A stretch of DNA of 64,000 bases from Patescibacteria group bacterium (GCA_041662625.1 JBAZSB010000001.1:310467-374466), one strand, 5' to 3'; shown: positions 9,658 to 18,815, numbered from the stretch's first letter. Translations and numbers: made by a program. Notes: generated by a model not told the origin, from the sequence alone.

Positions 9658-9762
9658 GTTTCGTTCCTCCTAACCGGGGTTATGTGGCCTTGGCCACTTG
9701 CGGTTCTCGATAACTTATATTTAACAAGAATACCTTTATTTGTCAACACTATTATTGCTATT

Positions 9763-10446
9763 TTAGTTAATAATCGTACCTTTGAAATTCTTACCAAGCA
9801 AAAATCCCCTAAGATTAGCCAAATCACTCCCTTTCATCACCACCAGTTTCATTTGCCATTTAGCTGCCAAGCGGCTGGCCACCGGGTCAAAAGGTACATG
9901 AGCACCTGGCACCCACTTGGTCCCAACTAACGGAAAAAACTTTTTCCAGCTCATTTGCTTCTGGGGTTTGGCATCTTTATGTTTGAGCGGATTTTTATCA
10001 TAGACATAAGTAATATTAGAAAGATTAATCACGGTTTTGGCGCCAAAAGCCCTGGCGGCCAAGACGGCGTCTTTATCCGAAGAAGAACCAGGTTTATAGC
10101 CAGCTCCGACTGTTATTTTACGATTTGTGGTAACTTTTTTATTTGGCACTATTAAAATGCTCTCATAAGCAGCATCGCCGAAAATGGCACTGACCAACTC
10201 AGCGTTTAATTTGGTGGTGGCAATACCAATCCAGTCCAAATCTCTAGCTTTGACTTTTGGATTTATAATCTTGGCGGCTTTTTGGTAACTACGGCAAGTA
10301 TTTCCCCCGCCACAAATCAAAACTACTCGATTGCCTTTTTTGGTGTAATCTAAAATCAACTTTTTAAATTTTTTCAAAAAATTAATATCAATGCCATCCG
10401 GGGCAATTAATGAACCGCCCAAAGACATAACTAAAGTTTTAGCCAT
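9763..10446 (-). CDS. amino-acid-kinase-family protein, UMP kinase-like (archaeal-type PyrH size)
   Basis: MSLGGSLIAP...VVLICGGGN...TVGAGYKPGSSSDKDAVLAARA pattern; 227 aa. Confidence 0.55.
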   Translation of the reverse strand: MAKTLVMSLGGSLIAPDGIDINFLKKFKKLILDYTKKGNRVVLICGGGNTCRSYQKAAKIINPKVKARDLDWIGIATTKLNAELVSAIFGDAAYESILIVPNKKVTTNRKITVGAGYKPGSSSDKDAVLAARAFGAKTVINLSNITYVYDKNPLKHKDAKPQKQMSWKKFFPLVGTKWVPGAHVPFDPVASRLAAKWQMKLVVMKGSDLANLRGFLLGKNFKGTIIN

Positions 10447-10453
10447 ATTTTTA

Positions 10454-10523
10454 GAATCAAGGAGTAAGAATCAAGAATCAAGGAAACTAAGCAACCTTAA
10501 TTCTTAATTCTTAATTCTTACTT
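10454..10523. repeat. intergenic palindromic tandem-repeat hairpin, GAATCAAG type, loop core AAGCAACCTT (reverse orientation of AAGGTTGCTT)
   Basis: gaatcaaggagtaagaatcaagaatcaagg-aaactaagcaacc-ttaattcttaattcttaattcttacttc between the mltG stop and the pyrH-like start. Confidence 0.7.
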
Positions 10524-11576
10524 CTATTTGTAATACCTAGCCTTTGCTGCCACATGTTCATCATGAGTCTTGCTGTAAATTACTTTACCATCAGGCGTGG
10601 TCAGAAAATACCAATAAGGATTAGCTTGCGGATAAATTGCTGATTTAATTGCAACAAGACCCGGGTTACAAATTGGCCCTGGCGGCAAACCTTTATATTC
10701 ATAAGTATTATACGGACTGTCAACTTGGATATCAACGGCTGAGGAACGCGCCGCCCCTTTACCAGTAACATAGTTTACTGTGGAGTCAGCTTGCAACGGC
10801 ATGCCCGCCAAAAGACGTTTATAAAAAATGTCAGCCACCAGCTTACGGTCATTTTCCGTTGAAACTTCCTTTTCTAAAATTGAAGCTAAAGTTAAAACCT
10901 CATGGATGGTTTTGCCTTGGCGAGTAATTTCAGACCGTAATTCCGGAGTTAATTTCTTGCCAAAGTTATTAAGCATTTTTTTCACAATGTCAGTAAGCGA
11001 AGCATCCCGGTAAACGCGGTAAGTATCGGGAAAAAGATAGCCTTCTAAATCAGCGGTTTTTGGTCGACTATCTAAAAAATCATATTCATCCCACCAGGCT
11101 GCTTTCTTTTGAACAATATTGAAAAAATCCGCTGGCTGAGCTAAACCATTTTTGGCTAAATAATCAGCAATTTCCTGATTATTCCAACCTTCAATAAAAG
11201 TTAAAGTGATCTCTTTAGTCACGCCGGCACCCCGGCTTAAAATCTGAGCAATCTCTTTCAGGCTTAAATTCTGAGCTAAAAAGTATTCACCATCTTGCAG
11301 GCGGCTATTGATGCCTTGCTGCCAGGTATAAAATTGAAAGAGCCAAGCGCTGCGAATCAAGCCAGCTTTTTGCAATTCCCAACTGATCTCCGTACTCCCC
11401 CAGCCTTTTTCCACTTTAAATTCCTTTTGCTGTGGATTATTAGTAACTGGCTGATTAAGATTATAGGAATAATAAAGCCAGCCGGCTAAAATTAAAACTA
11501 GTAAAATAATTAATAGTTTTCCAGATTTTTTTCTTTTTTTTCGTAAAAACATATTTCTGATTATACTCCTCGCCAT
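10524..11576 (-). CDS. mltG: endolytic murein transglycosylase MltG (YceG-like)
   Basis: N-terminal TM then YceG domain; C-terminal LQADSTVNY...YNTYEYKGLPPGPICNPG motif. Confidence 0.8.
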   Translation of the reverse strand: MARSIIRNMFLRKKRKKSGKLLIILLVLILAGWLYYSYNLNQPVTNNPQQKEFKVEKGWGSTEISWELQKAGLIRSAWLFQFYTWQQGINSRLQDGEYFLAQNLSLKEIAQILSRGAGVTKEITLTFIEGWNNQEIADYLAKNGLAQPADFFNIVQKKAAWWDEYDFLDSRPKTADLEGYLFPDTYRVYRDASLTDIVKKMLNNFGKKLTPELRSEITRQGKTIHEVLTLASILEKEVSTENDRKLVADIFYKRLLAGMPLQADSTVNYVTGKGAARSSAVDIQVDSPYNTYEYKGLPPGPICNPGLVAIKSAIYPQANPYWYFLTTPDGKVIYSKTHDEHVAAKARYYK

Positions 11577-12268
11577 TCCTTTTCAACTTGCTGATGACGC
11601 TGCGGTGTGCCGGTATCAAACCATTGGGCCGAAGATTTAAAGCCAAACAATCCTCCGGCTTTGGCAATGGCCGGCCAAAGATCGGTTTCGACCATGGCAA
11701 AATTTTTATCCGGCAAATAATTGAAAACTTCTGGCGATAATAAATAATAGCCGGAGCTGGCATAATTAGACGGTGCCAGCTCTTTGCTTGGCTTCTCAAT
11801 GAATTGCAAAATTTTATCGCCGGCTAGCATTGCAATACCAAACTGGGTCGGATCAGTCACTTCAGTCAGGGCAATGGTGGCAATGGCCTGATTTTTTTTA
11901 TGAAATTTAATCATTTGTTTCAGGTCCAGGGCAAATAGATTATCACCATTAGACATAAAAAAATCTTTTGCTGGAATTTTGTTCTGCTGCCGTAAAATCA
12001 ATAACGGTCCGGCAGTCCCCATTCTTTCATGCTCTTCCAAATATTCAATCTTTAAACCGAATTTACTGCCATCACCAAAATATTCAATCATTTTATCGGC
12101 CAGATAGGCAACTGAAAGATAAATTTCAGTCACACCGACTTTTTGATAAATAGCAAAAACCTGCTCCGTCAAAGTTTTACCTTGAATCGGAATTAAAGCC
12201 TTGGGAATTTCATAAGTTAACGGCCGAAGGCGTGTTCCTTCACCCCCGGCCAAAATTATTGCTTTCAT
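11561..12268 (-). CDS. sugar-phosphate nucleotidyltransferase (NTP_transferase family)
   Basis: MKAIILAGGEGTRLRPLTYEIPKALIPI signature. Confidence 0.65.
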   Translation of the reverse strand: MKAIILAGGEGTRLRPLTYEIPKALIPIQGKTLTEQVFAIYQKVGVTEIYLSVAYLADKMIEYFGDGSKFGLKIEYLEEHERMGTAGPLLILRQQNKIPAKDFFMSNGDNLFALDLKQMIKFHKKNQAIATIALTEVTDPTQFGIAMLAGDKILQFIEKPSKELAPSNYASSGYYLLSPEVFNYLPDKNFAMVETDLWPAIAKAGGLFGFKSSAQWFDTGTPQRHQQVEKEWRGV

Positions 12269-13026
12269 TCTTTTTCTTTTTCTAGTTCTGCTGGTGGAAT
12301 AAAATTAACGACTAAAAAATTAATTAATTCTTTTTGATCAGGAAAATCAGCCTCCAACATCCCAATAACGTCTTCTCGAGGAGCGGCACCTCGATACGAG
12401 CGGGCGGAGCGTAAAGAATCAAAAGCATCAATAACCGCGAGAATCTTAGAATAATTATGGATCATTTCTTCGGTTTCTGGTTCATCAAATCGATGCAGCT
12501 CAGACTGGGGCGGATAGGGTTGCTTTTGTTTATAAGTATGATGCCTTAAAACAGTCTCGGCCACTATGGCCGCTTCAGCCGGATTGCTAAGATTATTTAA
12601 ACAAAGTTCATAACCAGCCTGCGGATGGCCTTTAAAAATTTCATACTCCCCATCAGTCAAATGGCCTGGTTTAGTAAGTAATTCCGGATCAATTTCTTTT
12701 TTACCAATATCATGAAACAAAGCCGACATGACAAATATTTTCTTTCCCTGAGGCGATGGCTTGGCCAACTCTTTAATATCGCCGCTTTCCGCTAAAGATT
12801 TAGCTAAAATTGCCAAATCAAAACAATGCTTATGGGTACTTTCGATATTTTGTTTTGCAACTATATCTTTTTCTCGCTCAGCCAGTTCCATCATTCTTTG
12901 GGCCATATCAGGATTTTCTTTAAGAATTTGGGCAAGATAGTCATCCTCTCGCTCGGACGGACTCATTGCCCAGCCTTCGATTGCATCAGAGATTGCTTCT
13001 TGCTCAGCAGCAGCAATTGAACACAT
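12265..13026 (-). CDS. HD-domain phosphohydrolase
   Basis: FHDIGK...H...D motifs; 253 aa. Confidence 0.5.
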   Translation of the reverse strand: MCSIAAAEQEAISDAIEGWAMSPSEREDDYLAQILKENPDMAQRMMELAEREKDIVAKQNIESTHKHCFDLAILAKSLAESGDIKELAKPSPQGKKIFVMSALFHDIGKKEIDPELLTKPGHLTDGEYEIFKGHPQAGYELCLNNLSNPAEAAIVAETVLRHHTYKQKQPYPPQSELHRFDEPETEEMIHNYSKILAVIDAFDSLRSARSYRGAAPREDVIGMLEADFPDQKELINFLVVNFIPPAELEKEKE

Positions 13027-13031
13027 AAATT

Positions 13032-13643
13032 TTATCCTTCAATCAACGGGACAAAAACAAATCCCGGATAAATTATTTCTTTATATTTAGCCTCCGTTAT
13101 TTTTTCAATCAATCTGATGTCTTGAGCTTCGGTTGGAATCACCATTCGGCCGCCAATTGCCAATTGTTCTTTTAATTCAGAAGGAATTTCAAAAGCAGCT
13201 GCTGACACAATTATCCTAGCAAAAGGTGCGTGATTGGGCAACCCTTTTGTCCCGTCGCGGCAGAAAAACTCGACATTGGAAAAATTATATTTAGCAACGT
13301 TTCTTTGACCAAATTCTTTTAATCCAGCAATTCGTTCAATAGCAAAAATATTTCCTTTAGCCCCAACAATTTCTGCCAGCATGGCTGCAGTCCAACCGGA
13401 GCCAGAACCAATATCTAAAACCTTTTGCCCCATTTTTGGTTGCAGCAGCTCAAACATAAAAGCGACTGTCAAAGGCTGCGAAATCGTTTGACCATGGCCA
13501 ATGAGTAAGGGGGCATTAACGGATTCTTCCAAAATCAAATCAGCTGGCAAAAAATCTGCCCGCTTGATTTTACGGAAAGCGTTGATGATTGCCGGCGTTT
13601 TTAGATAACCTTCACTGATCAATTGTTGAATTAACTCATCCAT
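13032..13643 (-). CDS. pcm: protein-L-isoaspartate O-methyltransferase
   Basis: GHGQTISQP...VLDIGSGSGW SAM-binding motifs typical of PCMT. Confidence 0.75.
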   Translation of the reverse strand: MDELIQQLISEGYLKTPAIINAFRKIKRADFLPADLILEESVNAPLLIGHGQTISQPLTVAFMFELLQPKMGQKVLDIGSGSGWTAAMLAEIVGAKGNIFAIERIAGLKEFGQRNVAKYNFSNVEFFCRDGTKGLPNHAPFARIIVSAAAFEIPSELKEQLAIGGRMVIPTEAQDIRLIEKITEAKYKEIIYPGFVFVPLIEG

Positions 13644-13654
13644 AACAAATTATA

Positions 13655-13705
13655 ATTTTGAATTTTGATTCAATTTTAAATATTATAATATTGAATTATT
13701 AAAAA
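13655..13705. repeat. AT-rich palindromic intergenic element sharing core AATATTATAATATTGAAT with the element at 17040-17135
   Basis: ttgaattttgattcaattttaaatattataatattgaattattaaaaattcattcaa. Confidence 0.5.
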
Positions 13706-13710
13706 TTCAT

Positions 13711-14535
13711 TCAAAATTTATTAAAATACAACATCACCAAAATTACCGCCCCCAAAACAATCCGATAATAAGCAAAAACTTTTAACGAATGATTTTCTAA
13801 AAATTTCAAAAAATACTTGATGCACAAATAGCCGGTTACAGCTGACACCAAAAAGCCTAAAATCAAAATAAAAAAATCAGCACCAACCAGCAAATTATCA
13901 CTAAGTAGACTCAAAAATTCTTTAAGCCCAGCACCAAAAATAACAGGCAGCGAAAGCAAAAAACCAAACCGGGCAGCGTCCTGCCGTTTTAATTTCTGGC
14001 TCAAACCTGCTATAATAGTAATACCAGACCGCGAGACTCCAGGAATTAAAGCCAGTGCCTGAAATAAGCCAATTACTAACGAACTTCCCAGATTCAACTC
14101 GGTGATTGTCCGCAGTTGAACAAAAAATTTATCAGCCAGATAAAGAATAATACCGAATATAATGAGCATTAAGGCAACCACTCCTGGCTGACGAAAAAGT
14201 ATTTCGATCTGATCTCCCAAAAAATAGCCAATCACTGCCGCTGGCAAAGTGGCTAAAAATAAATACCAGGCTAGGCGCTGGTTGTTATTACTCTTTAATT
14301 CCCATCGGCTAAAACTCTGAAACCAGGCCAGAAGATAGTTGATCACATCAAAACGGAAAAAAAGTAATAAAGCAACCAGGGTACCCAAATGCAAAACTAC
14401 ATCAAAAGCCAAATTATCGGGAAAATCAAAACTCAAAAAATCATGAAAAAGCACCAGATGTCCAGAGCTGGAAATTGGCAAAAACTCAGTCAAACCCTGG
14501 ATAATCCCGGCTAGAATTGAATACAGTATTTCCAT
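13711..14535 (-). CDS. uppP: undecaprenyl-diphosphatase UppP (BacA)
   Basis: EFLPISSSGHL and SRSGxT motifs; 8 predicted TM segments. Confidence 0.85.
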   Translation of the reverse strand: MEILYSILAGIIQGLTEFLPISSSGHLVLFHDFLSFDFPDNLAFDVVLHLGTLVALLLFFRFDVINYLLAWFQSFSRWELKSNNNQRLAWYLFLATLPAAVIGYFLGDQIEILFRQPGVVALMLIIFGIILYLADKFFVQLRTITELNLGSSLVIGLFQALALIPGVSRSGITIIAGLSQKLKRQDAARFGFLLSLPVIFGAGLKEFLSLLSDNLLVGADFFILILGFLVSAVTGYLCIKYFLKFLENHSLKVFAYYRIVLGAVILVMLYFNKF

Positions 14536-14541
14536 GGAAGC

Positions 14542-14608
14542 GAATTATGAATTATGAATTATGAATTATGTGGTTTCCCTAATTCCTAATTCCTAATTCC
14601 TAATTCCT
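14542..14608. repeat. intergenic palindromic tandem-repeat hairpin: (GAATTATG)x4 - spacer - (CTAATTCC)x4
   Basis: Exact 8-bp tandem units on both arms, in the divergent region between uppP and the DUF212 gene. Confidence 0.75.
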
Positions 14609-14614
14609 GAAAAC

Positions 14615-15043
14615 ATGGATTTATCCTATATCATTATACCAATAATTGTCCTAATTACCAGCCAGGTTTTAAAATTACTGACTGATGGCATTAAAGGCAA
14701 TTTTGATCTGCGAAATCTTTTTATCAGCTACGGCGGCATGCCTTCTTCGCACACGGCTTTCGCTGTTTCTATCACCACACTAATTGGCCTGAGAGAAGGC
14801 TATGATTCCGCTCTCTTTGCCTTGGCCTTAGTTTTTACATTGCTAGTCATGCGCGACGCCGTGGCGTTCCGCGGTCTTTTGGGCAAACAAGCGAAAGTCT
14901 TTAATACTTTGATTAAAAGATTTCCCGAGGCAGAAAAAAAAGATCTGCCCTTGTTTCGGGAACAGATGGGACACAGCACGCTGGAAGTAACTGGCGGCAT
15001 TATTTGGGGAATTGGTTTGACCTATCTTTTGAGTTTATTATAG
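14615..15043 (+). CDS. DUF212 / acid-phosphatase-vanadium-haloperoxidase-related membrane protein (YuiD-like)
   Basis: GGMPSSHTAF motif; 142 aa with multiple TM segments. Confidence 0.5.
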   Translation: MDLSYIIIPIIVLITSQVLKLLTDGIKGNFDLRNLFISYGGMPSSHTAFAVSITTLIGLREGYDSALFALALVFTLLVMRDAVAFRGLLGKQAKVFNTLIKRFPEAEKKDLPLFREQMGHSTLEVTGGIIWGIGLTYLLSLL

Positions 15044-15173
15044 TCTGCAAAAAATCATTACTGAGGTTTAAAGACCTCTTTTTTATTTATTGACAATTTA
15101 GTTTAAATAGGATAAGAAAGAGATAGTCGAAACGACCTACGATGGTGTAGGTTATGAAGAGGAGGAACCCAAA

Positions 15174-16037
15174 TTGATCACTCTTACGGGAATAAGCGAC
15201 GAGGCGGGCCAGGACCTAATGGCCCAAATCAAAGCCCACCAGGAATTAGGTTGGGGTTATCTGGAGTTACGCGCCGTTGACGGCAAACTTGTCACCCGGA
15301 TGAACAACCGGGAATTCGACCCCATTTACGCCGCTGTGACTGCAGCCGGCCTCAAAGTGTCGTGCTTTTCTAGCGGCATCGCCAACTGGGCACACCCCAT
15401 CACGGGCAAGCTCAGACCGGATACCGATGAGCTGAGACGCGCCATTGCTCACATGCGCCTCTGCGGCACTCGGTACATCCGAATCATGAGCTACCCCAAC
15501 GATGAGAAGCATCCGGTACCGGAAGCCGAGTGGCGGCGGGAAGCCATTCGCCGAGTCAAACGGATGGTCAGAATTGCCGAGGAATACAACGTCGTTCTGG
15601 CTCACGAGAATTGCTCCGGCTGGGGCGGGATATCGTGGGAAAACAACCTTGCTCTGATCGAGGCAATCGACAGCCCGAACTTCGGGGTACTGTTCGATAC
15701 AGGTAACCCGCCGACCTATGGCAAGGATACCTGGGAATGGTACCTCAAGGTCCGCGACCGGATCATCTACGTCCATATCAAGGACGCCCGTCTCAACTTA
15801 TCCCACGACCCAGAACAAGACGTCTACACCTACGCGGGTGAAGGCGACGGCTGCGTGCGCCGGGTGCTCGCTGACCTCGTCAGACGCAACTGGACCGGGT
15901 TCGTTTCCACTGAACCCCATCTGGCCGCAGTCATTCACACCGGTCAAAAGGCCGAACCACAAGCTTTGTACGACTCGTATGTCGAGTACGGCAGAAAATT
16001 GATGGACCTCATCAAACAGATCAGGGCCGAAGCCTGA
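15174..16037 (+). CDS. sugar phosphate isomerase/epimerase (xylose-isomerase-like TIM barrel), GC-rich foreign-looking gene, TTG start
   Basis: AP_endonuc_2 / XylA-like TIM-barrel pattern (AHENCSGWGG..., FDTGN); GAGGAGG SD 8 nt before the TTG; GC-rich with its own terminator. Confidence 0.55.
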   Translation: MITLTGISDEAGQDLMAQIKAHQELGWGYLELRAVDGKLVTRMNNREFDPIYAAVTAAGLKVSCFSSGIANWAHPITGKLRPDTDELRRAIAHMRLCGTRYIRIMSYPNDEKHPVPEAEWRREAIRRVKRMVRIAEEYNVVLAHENCSGWGGISWENNLALIEAIDSPNFGVLFDTGNPPTYGKDTWEWYLKVRDRIIYVHIKDARLNLSHDPEQDVYTYAGEGDGCVRRVLADLVRRNWTGFVSTEPHLAAVIHTGQKAEPQALYDSYVEYGRKLMDLIKQIRAEA

Positions 16038-16065
16038 TATAGCGGAGGAACTCGAAATTGCTAGT

Positions 16066-16116
16066 TCCCTGCTCCCTGGTGCGTTCGTGCATCTGGAAGA
16101 GCAGGGACTTTTTTTA
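16066..16116 (+). terminator. GC-rich intrinsic terminator of the isomerase cassette
   Basis: TCCCTGCTC ... GAGCAGGGA then CTTTTTTT. Confidence 0.6.
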
Positions 16117-16120
16117 CTCC

Positions 16121-16140
16121 CACACCAAAATTTTGGTGTG
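16121..16140. terminator. perfect 20-bp palindrome CACACCAAAATTTTGGTGTG at the 3' end of fpg (likely bidirectional terminator)
   Basis: Read directly; lies immediately after the fpg stop. Confidence 0.45.
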
Positions 16141-16145
16141 TGAGT

Positions 16146-17027
16146 TTATTTCTGACACTTTTTACAAAAATGCGTGCCCCGCCCATTGAGTTTAATTTTT
16201 TGGACAACACCACTGCACCTGGCACATTTCTCCCCTTTCCGACCATAAACTTTCAAATAAGGTAGCATTCCGCCTTGGCTGCCATCTAACTGAACATAAT
16301 CATCGGCTGAAGTTCCTTTTTTAGCAATGGCAAACTTTAATATTTTTGGAATACAATTAAATAATCTCTTAATTTCTTCAGGCTTCAAAGTCTTTACTAC
16401 TCTGGTTGGCAAAATTTTAGCACAAAAGCAGCTCTCATCAGCATAGATATTACCGACGCCAGCAAGCAAAGTCTGATCCATTAAAATCTGTTTTATTTTA
16501 CGATTGGGATAGCGTTTTAAAATTGTTTGAAAATTCACTAAAGTATATTCTTTGTCAAACGGCTCTACACCGAATTCGCTGATTAGCTTATCAACTTGCT
16601 GTTTATTGACTAACCTTATCCAGCCAAACTTGCGCAAGTCATTAAAATAAAGTTTTGAACCGTCAGTAAAATCAAAAATAATATGCGTGAATTTATTGGG
16701 TAAACCCACTACCCCACCCTTTTGCGGGTGGCCCCCAACAATAAGCTTCTGATTTCTGATATCTGATTTCTTATTTCTGAAAATCAACTGCCCAGTCAAT
16801 TTTAAATGGATTAATAAAAAATTGTCACTTGACAATTCAATAATTAAAATCTTTGCCCGGCGCTTAACATCAATGATTTTCCTGCCTTTAAGTTGCTGGG
16901 AAAACTGCTTAGGAGTCAGGGGCTTAACCATTTTTGGCCAGTCCACGCTGGCTGATTTTATAGTCTTACCACGGACAACTGAAGCCAACTCCCGGCGCAA
17001 AGTCTCCACTTCAGGTAATTCTGGCAT
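16146..17027 (-). CDS. mutM: formamidopyrimidine-DNA glycosylase (Fpg/MutM)
   Basis: N-terminal MPELPEVE, H2TH and C-terminal C4 zinc finger (CARCSG...CKKC). Confidence 0.8.
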   Translation of the reverse strand: MPELPEVETLRRELASVVRGKTIKSASVDWPKMVKPLTPKQFSQQLKGRKIIDVKRRAKILIIELSSDNFLLIHLKLTGQLIFRNKKSDIRNQKLIVGGHPQKGGVVGLPNKFTHIIFDFTDGSKLYFNDLRKFGWIRLVNKQQVDKLISEFGVEPFDKEYTLVNFQTILKRYPNRKIKQILMDQTLLAGVGNIYADESCFCAKILPTRVVKTLKPEEIKRLFNCIPKILKFAIAKKGTSADDYVQLDGSQGGMLPYLKVYGRKGEKCARCSGVVQKIKLNGRGTHFCKKCQK

Positions 17028-17039
17028 AAGTTAAGAATT

Positions 17040-17135
17040 TTTAATTTTAAATTTTTAATCAATTTCGAATATTCGAATATTATAATATTGAATCAAAATT
17101 AAAAATTCGAAATTAAAAATTATCTTAAAAAAACT
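17040..17135. repeat. AT-rich palindromic intergenic element (core AATATTATAATATTGAATCA)
   Basis: tcgaatattcgaatattataatattgaatcaaaattaaaaattcgaaattaaaaatt. Confidence 0.5.
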
Positions 17136-17145
17136 GTTTTTATTG

Positions 17146-17931
17146 TTATATTTTACAATACTTTTTGACCTGCTTTACTAATTCCCGGTGTAATTTTGGC
17201 CGCGCTACCAGTATACCCCTAGGCTTTTCATTGGCATGCCATACAGTACCATCCAAATTAGTGCATTTAACTCCGGCTTCCTGGCAAATTAAACTGCTAG
17301 CGGCAATATCCCAGCTATTATCACCGGCGAAAAACGCCGCATCCATCCGACCAACGGCTACATAGCAGAAACAAATCGCCATGCTGGCATGCCGGGATTG
17401 GATATAGACTTTTTTTGTTAAATCTTTTGCCAGCTGATAAAGGTCATATTTTGCCGTTGGCCAAAGTTCCAAATCAACATAAGCCTGACTCATATTCTGG
17501 CAGGCCGTGGATTTAATTTTTTTACCGTTCAAATAAGCGCCTTTGCCTTTCTGCGCAAAAAACAGTTCATTTCTGATCGGATCACAAACTGTTGCTAAAA
17601 TCATTTCTTTACCTTTAGCTAAGCCGATGGAATTGGTAAAAAAAGCAATACCGCGAGAAAAAGGAATGGTGCCGTCAATTGGGTCAATGTGCCAGGTATA
17701 GCTAGAAGTACTTTTTTTGAATGGCAATTCTTCAGAAATAATGCCGTGATCGGGAAAATAGCGTCTGATTTGGTTATACAAATATTTATTAACCCGTAAG
17801 TCGGTTTTAGTCAGCGGGCTATTATCCGGTTTCCAAGTGACTTCTCGTTTACCAAAAAAACCTTTTCTGGTAATTTTGGCTGATTCTTGAGCAATGTGTA
17901 AAATAAACTTCTTTAAATCTTTTTCCGTCAT
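17146..17931 (-). CDS. inositol monophosphatase family protein (SuhB-like)
   Basis: WHIDPIDGT and DAA...GDN IMPase motifs. Confidence 0.75.
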   Translation of the reverse strand: MTEKDLKKFILHIAQESAKITRKGFFGKREVTWKPDNSPLTKTDLRVNKYLYNQIRRYFPDHGIISEELPFKKSTSSYTWHIDPIDGTIPFSRGIAFFTNSIGLAKGKEMILATVCDPIRNELFFAQKGKGAYLNGKKIKSTACQNMSQAYVDLELWPTAKYDLYQLAKDLTKKVYIQSRHASMAICFCYVAVGRMDAAFFAGDNSWDIAASSLICQEAGVKCTNLDGTVWHANEKPRGILVARPKLHRELVKQVKKYCKI

Positions 17932-17951
17932 AAGGTCAATTTAATTTTTTA

Positions 17952-18815
17952 TTAAAATTCTTTAGTATAAAGTGCTTTTAATATTTCCAGCTCGACTTCG
18001 GTAAAATTATAGCCTCCGGCCGTTAGTTGATCATGAAGATCAGGCACCGCTTCCTCGAATAGCTTCTCGATTTCTTTGCTGCTTTCAACTGCCTGCCTCA
18101 TTATTTTTTCGGCGTGTTTAGGATCAGCTATTTCTTCATCGCCTCTTAGCTTATCTTCTAACTCATTTGCCCACATTTCTTCCATTTTAGCCACTAAATA
18201 CATTCGAGCCAGTCTCACTGGGTTATCAAAATCATAGAGTTCCACTGCTTCTTTCATTTTATCGCCGAATGCTCTTTTTGCAGCAGCCTGTTCGGCTTCA
18301 TAAACTCCTTTTTCTGCACCAGCAACATGAGTCACGGTAAAATATTCTGCTATACTTTCATCCATTAGTCTTCGGCCGCCGCTGACTTTTCCGGCATGAG
18401 CGGCTTCATGAACCATAATATCCTCCCAGTGCTCTGGGGGGCTATCTAAGCCTTCAGGAGTTATGCCAATAGTACCATCTGGGAAATAAACCCCTAAGGC
18501 ACCCTCAAACGCTTCAATTTGAACATTTTTAGCCGATAGCCTTGCTTGCTCCAGAGCCATTGTCATTCTTAACATTTTGTAAGCCAGCTCCTGCTTAATG
18601 CTGAGATCTTTTGTCTCATCGTATTCTGTCTGCCAATTATTCATAAGCTCGGCCACATTCTTTGCCGGCCCAGCTAGGTCTCGCTTATCTGCACCCACAA
18701 CTACAACACCTCCGTCTGCCGTTTCTCCTCCAGATAGATCAGTAACCATTTCGTCGTCTGGTGCAGTTTCAGCATCAGCAGCTCCTTTAAATTGTTTTGA
18801 ATGTCGTTCAATCAT
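17952..18815 (-). CDS. hypothetical protein with HExxH zinc-metallopeptidase motif
   Basis: MVHEAAHAG; acidic N-terminus; somewhat higher GC than its neighbours. Confidence 0.4.
   Translation of the reverse strand: MIERHSKQFKGAADAETAPDDEMVTDLSGGETADGGVVVVGADKRDLAGPAKNVAELMNNWQTEYDETKDLSIKQELAYKMLRMTMALEQARLSAKNVQIEAFEGALGVYFPDGTIGITPEGLDSPPEHWEDIMVHEAAHAGKVSGGRRLMDESIAEYFTVTHVAGAEKGVYEAEQAAAKRAFGDKMKEAVELYDFDNPVRLARMYLVAKMEEMWANELEDKLRGDEEIADPKHAEKIMRQAVESSKEIEKLFEEAVPDLHDQLTAGGYNFTEVELEILKALYTKEF

Noticed and set aside
9305-9720. GC-rich block considered as RNase P RNA, tmRNA or SRP RNA
   Set aside because: I could not find the P4 / CR-I to CR-V RNase P motifs, a tRNA-like 3' end with a tag reading frame, or the SRP domain IV GGAA tetraloop context. 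It is kept only as an unassigned island.
9406-9930. 174-aa plus-strand ORF spanning the GC-rich island into the pyrH-like gene
   Set aside because: It runs antisense through the 3' end of the well-supported kinase-family gene. Its first half is in the open-in-all-frames GC island. There is no SD or promoter.
14542-14608. Tandem 8-bp repeats (GAATTATG x4 / CTAATTCC x4) and similar arrays, considered as possible CRISPR or microsatellite
   Set aside because: Units are 8 bp with no unique spacers. Each array is paired with its inverted complement to form a hairpin. No cas genes are present. They are better explained as palindromic intergenic elements.
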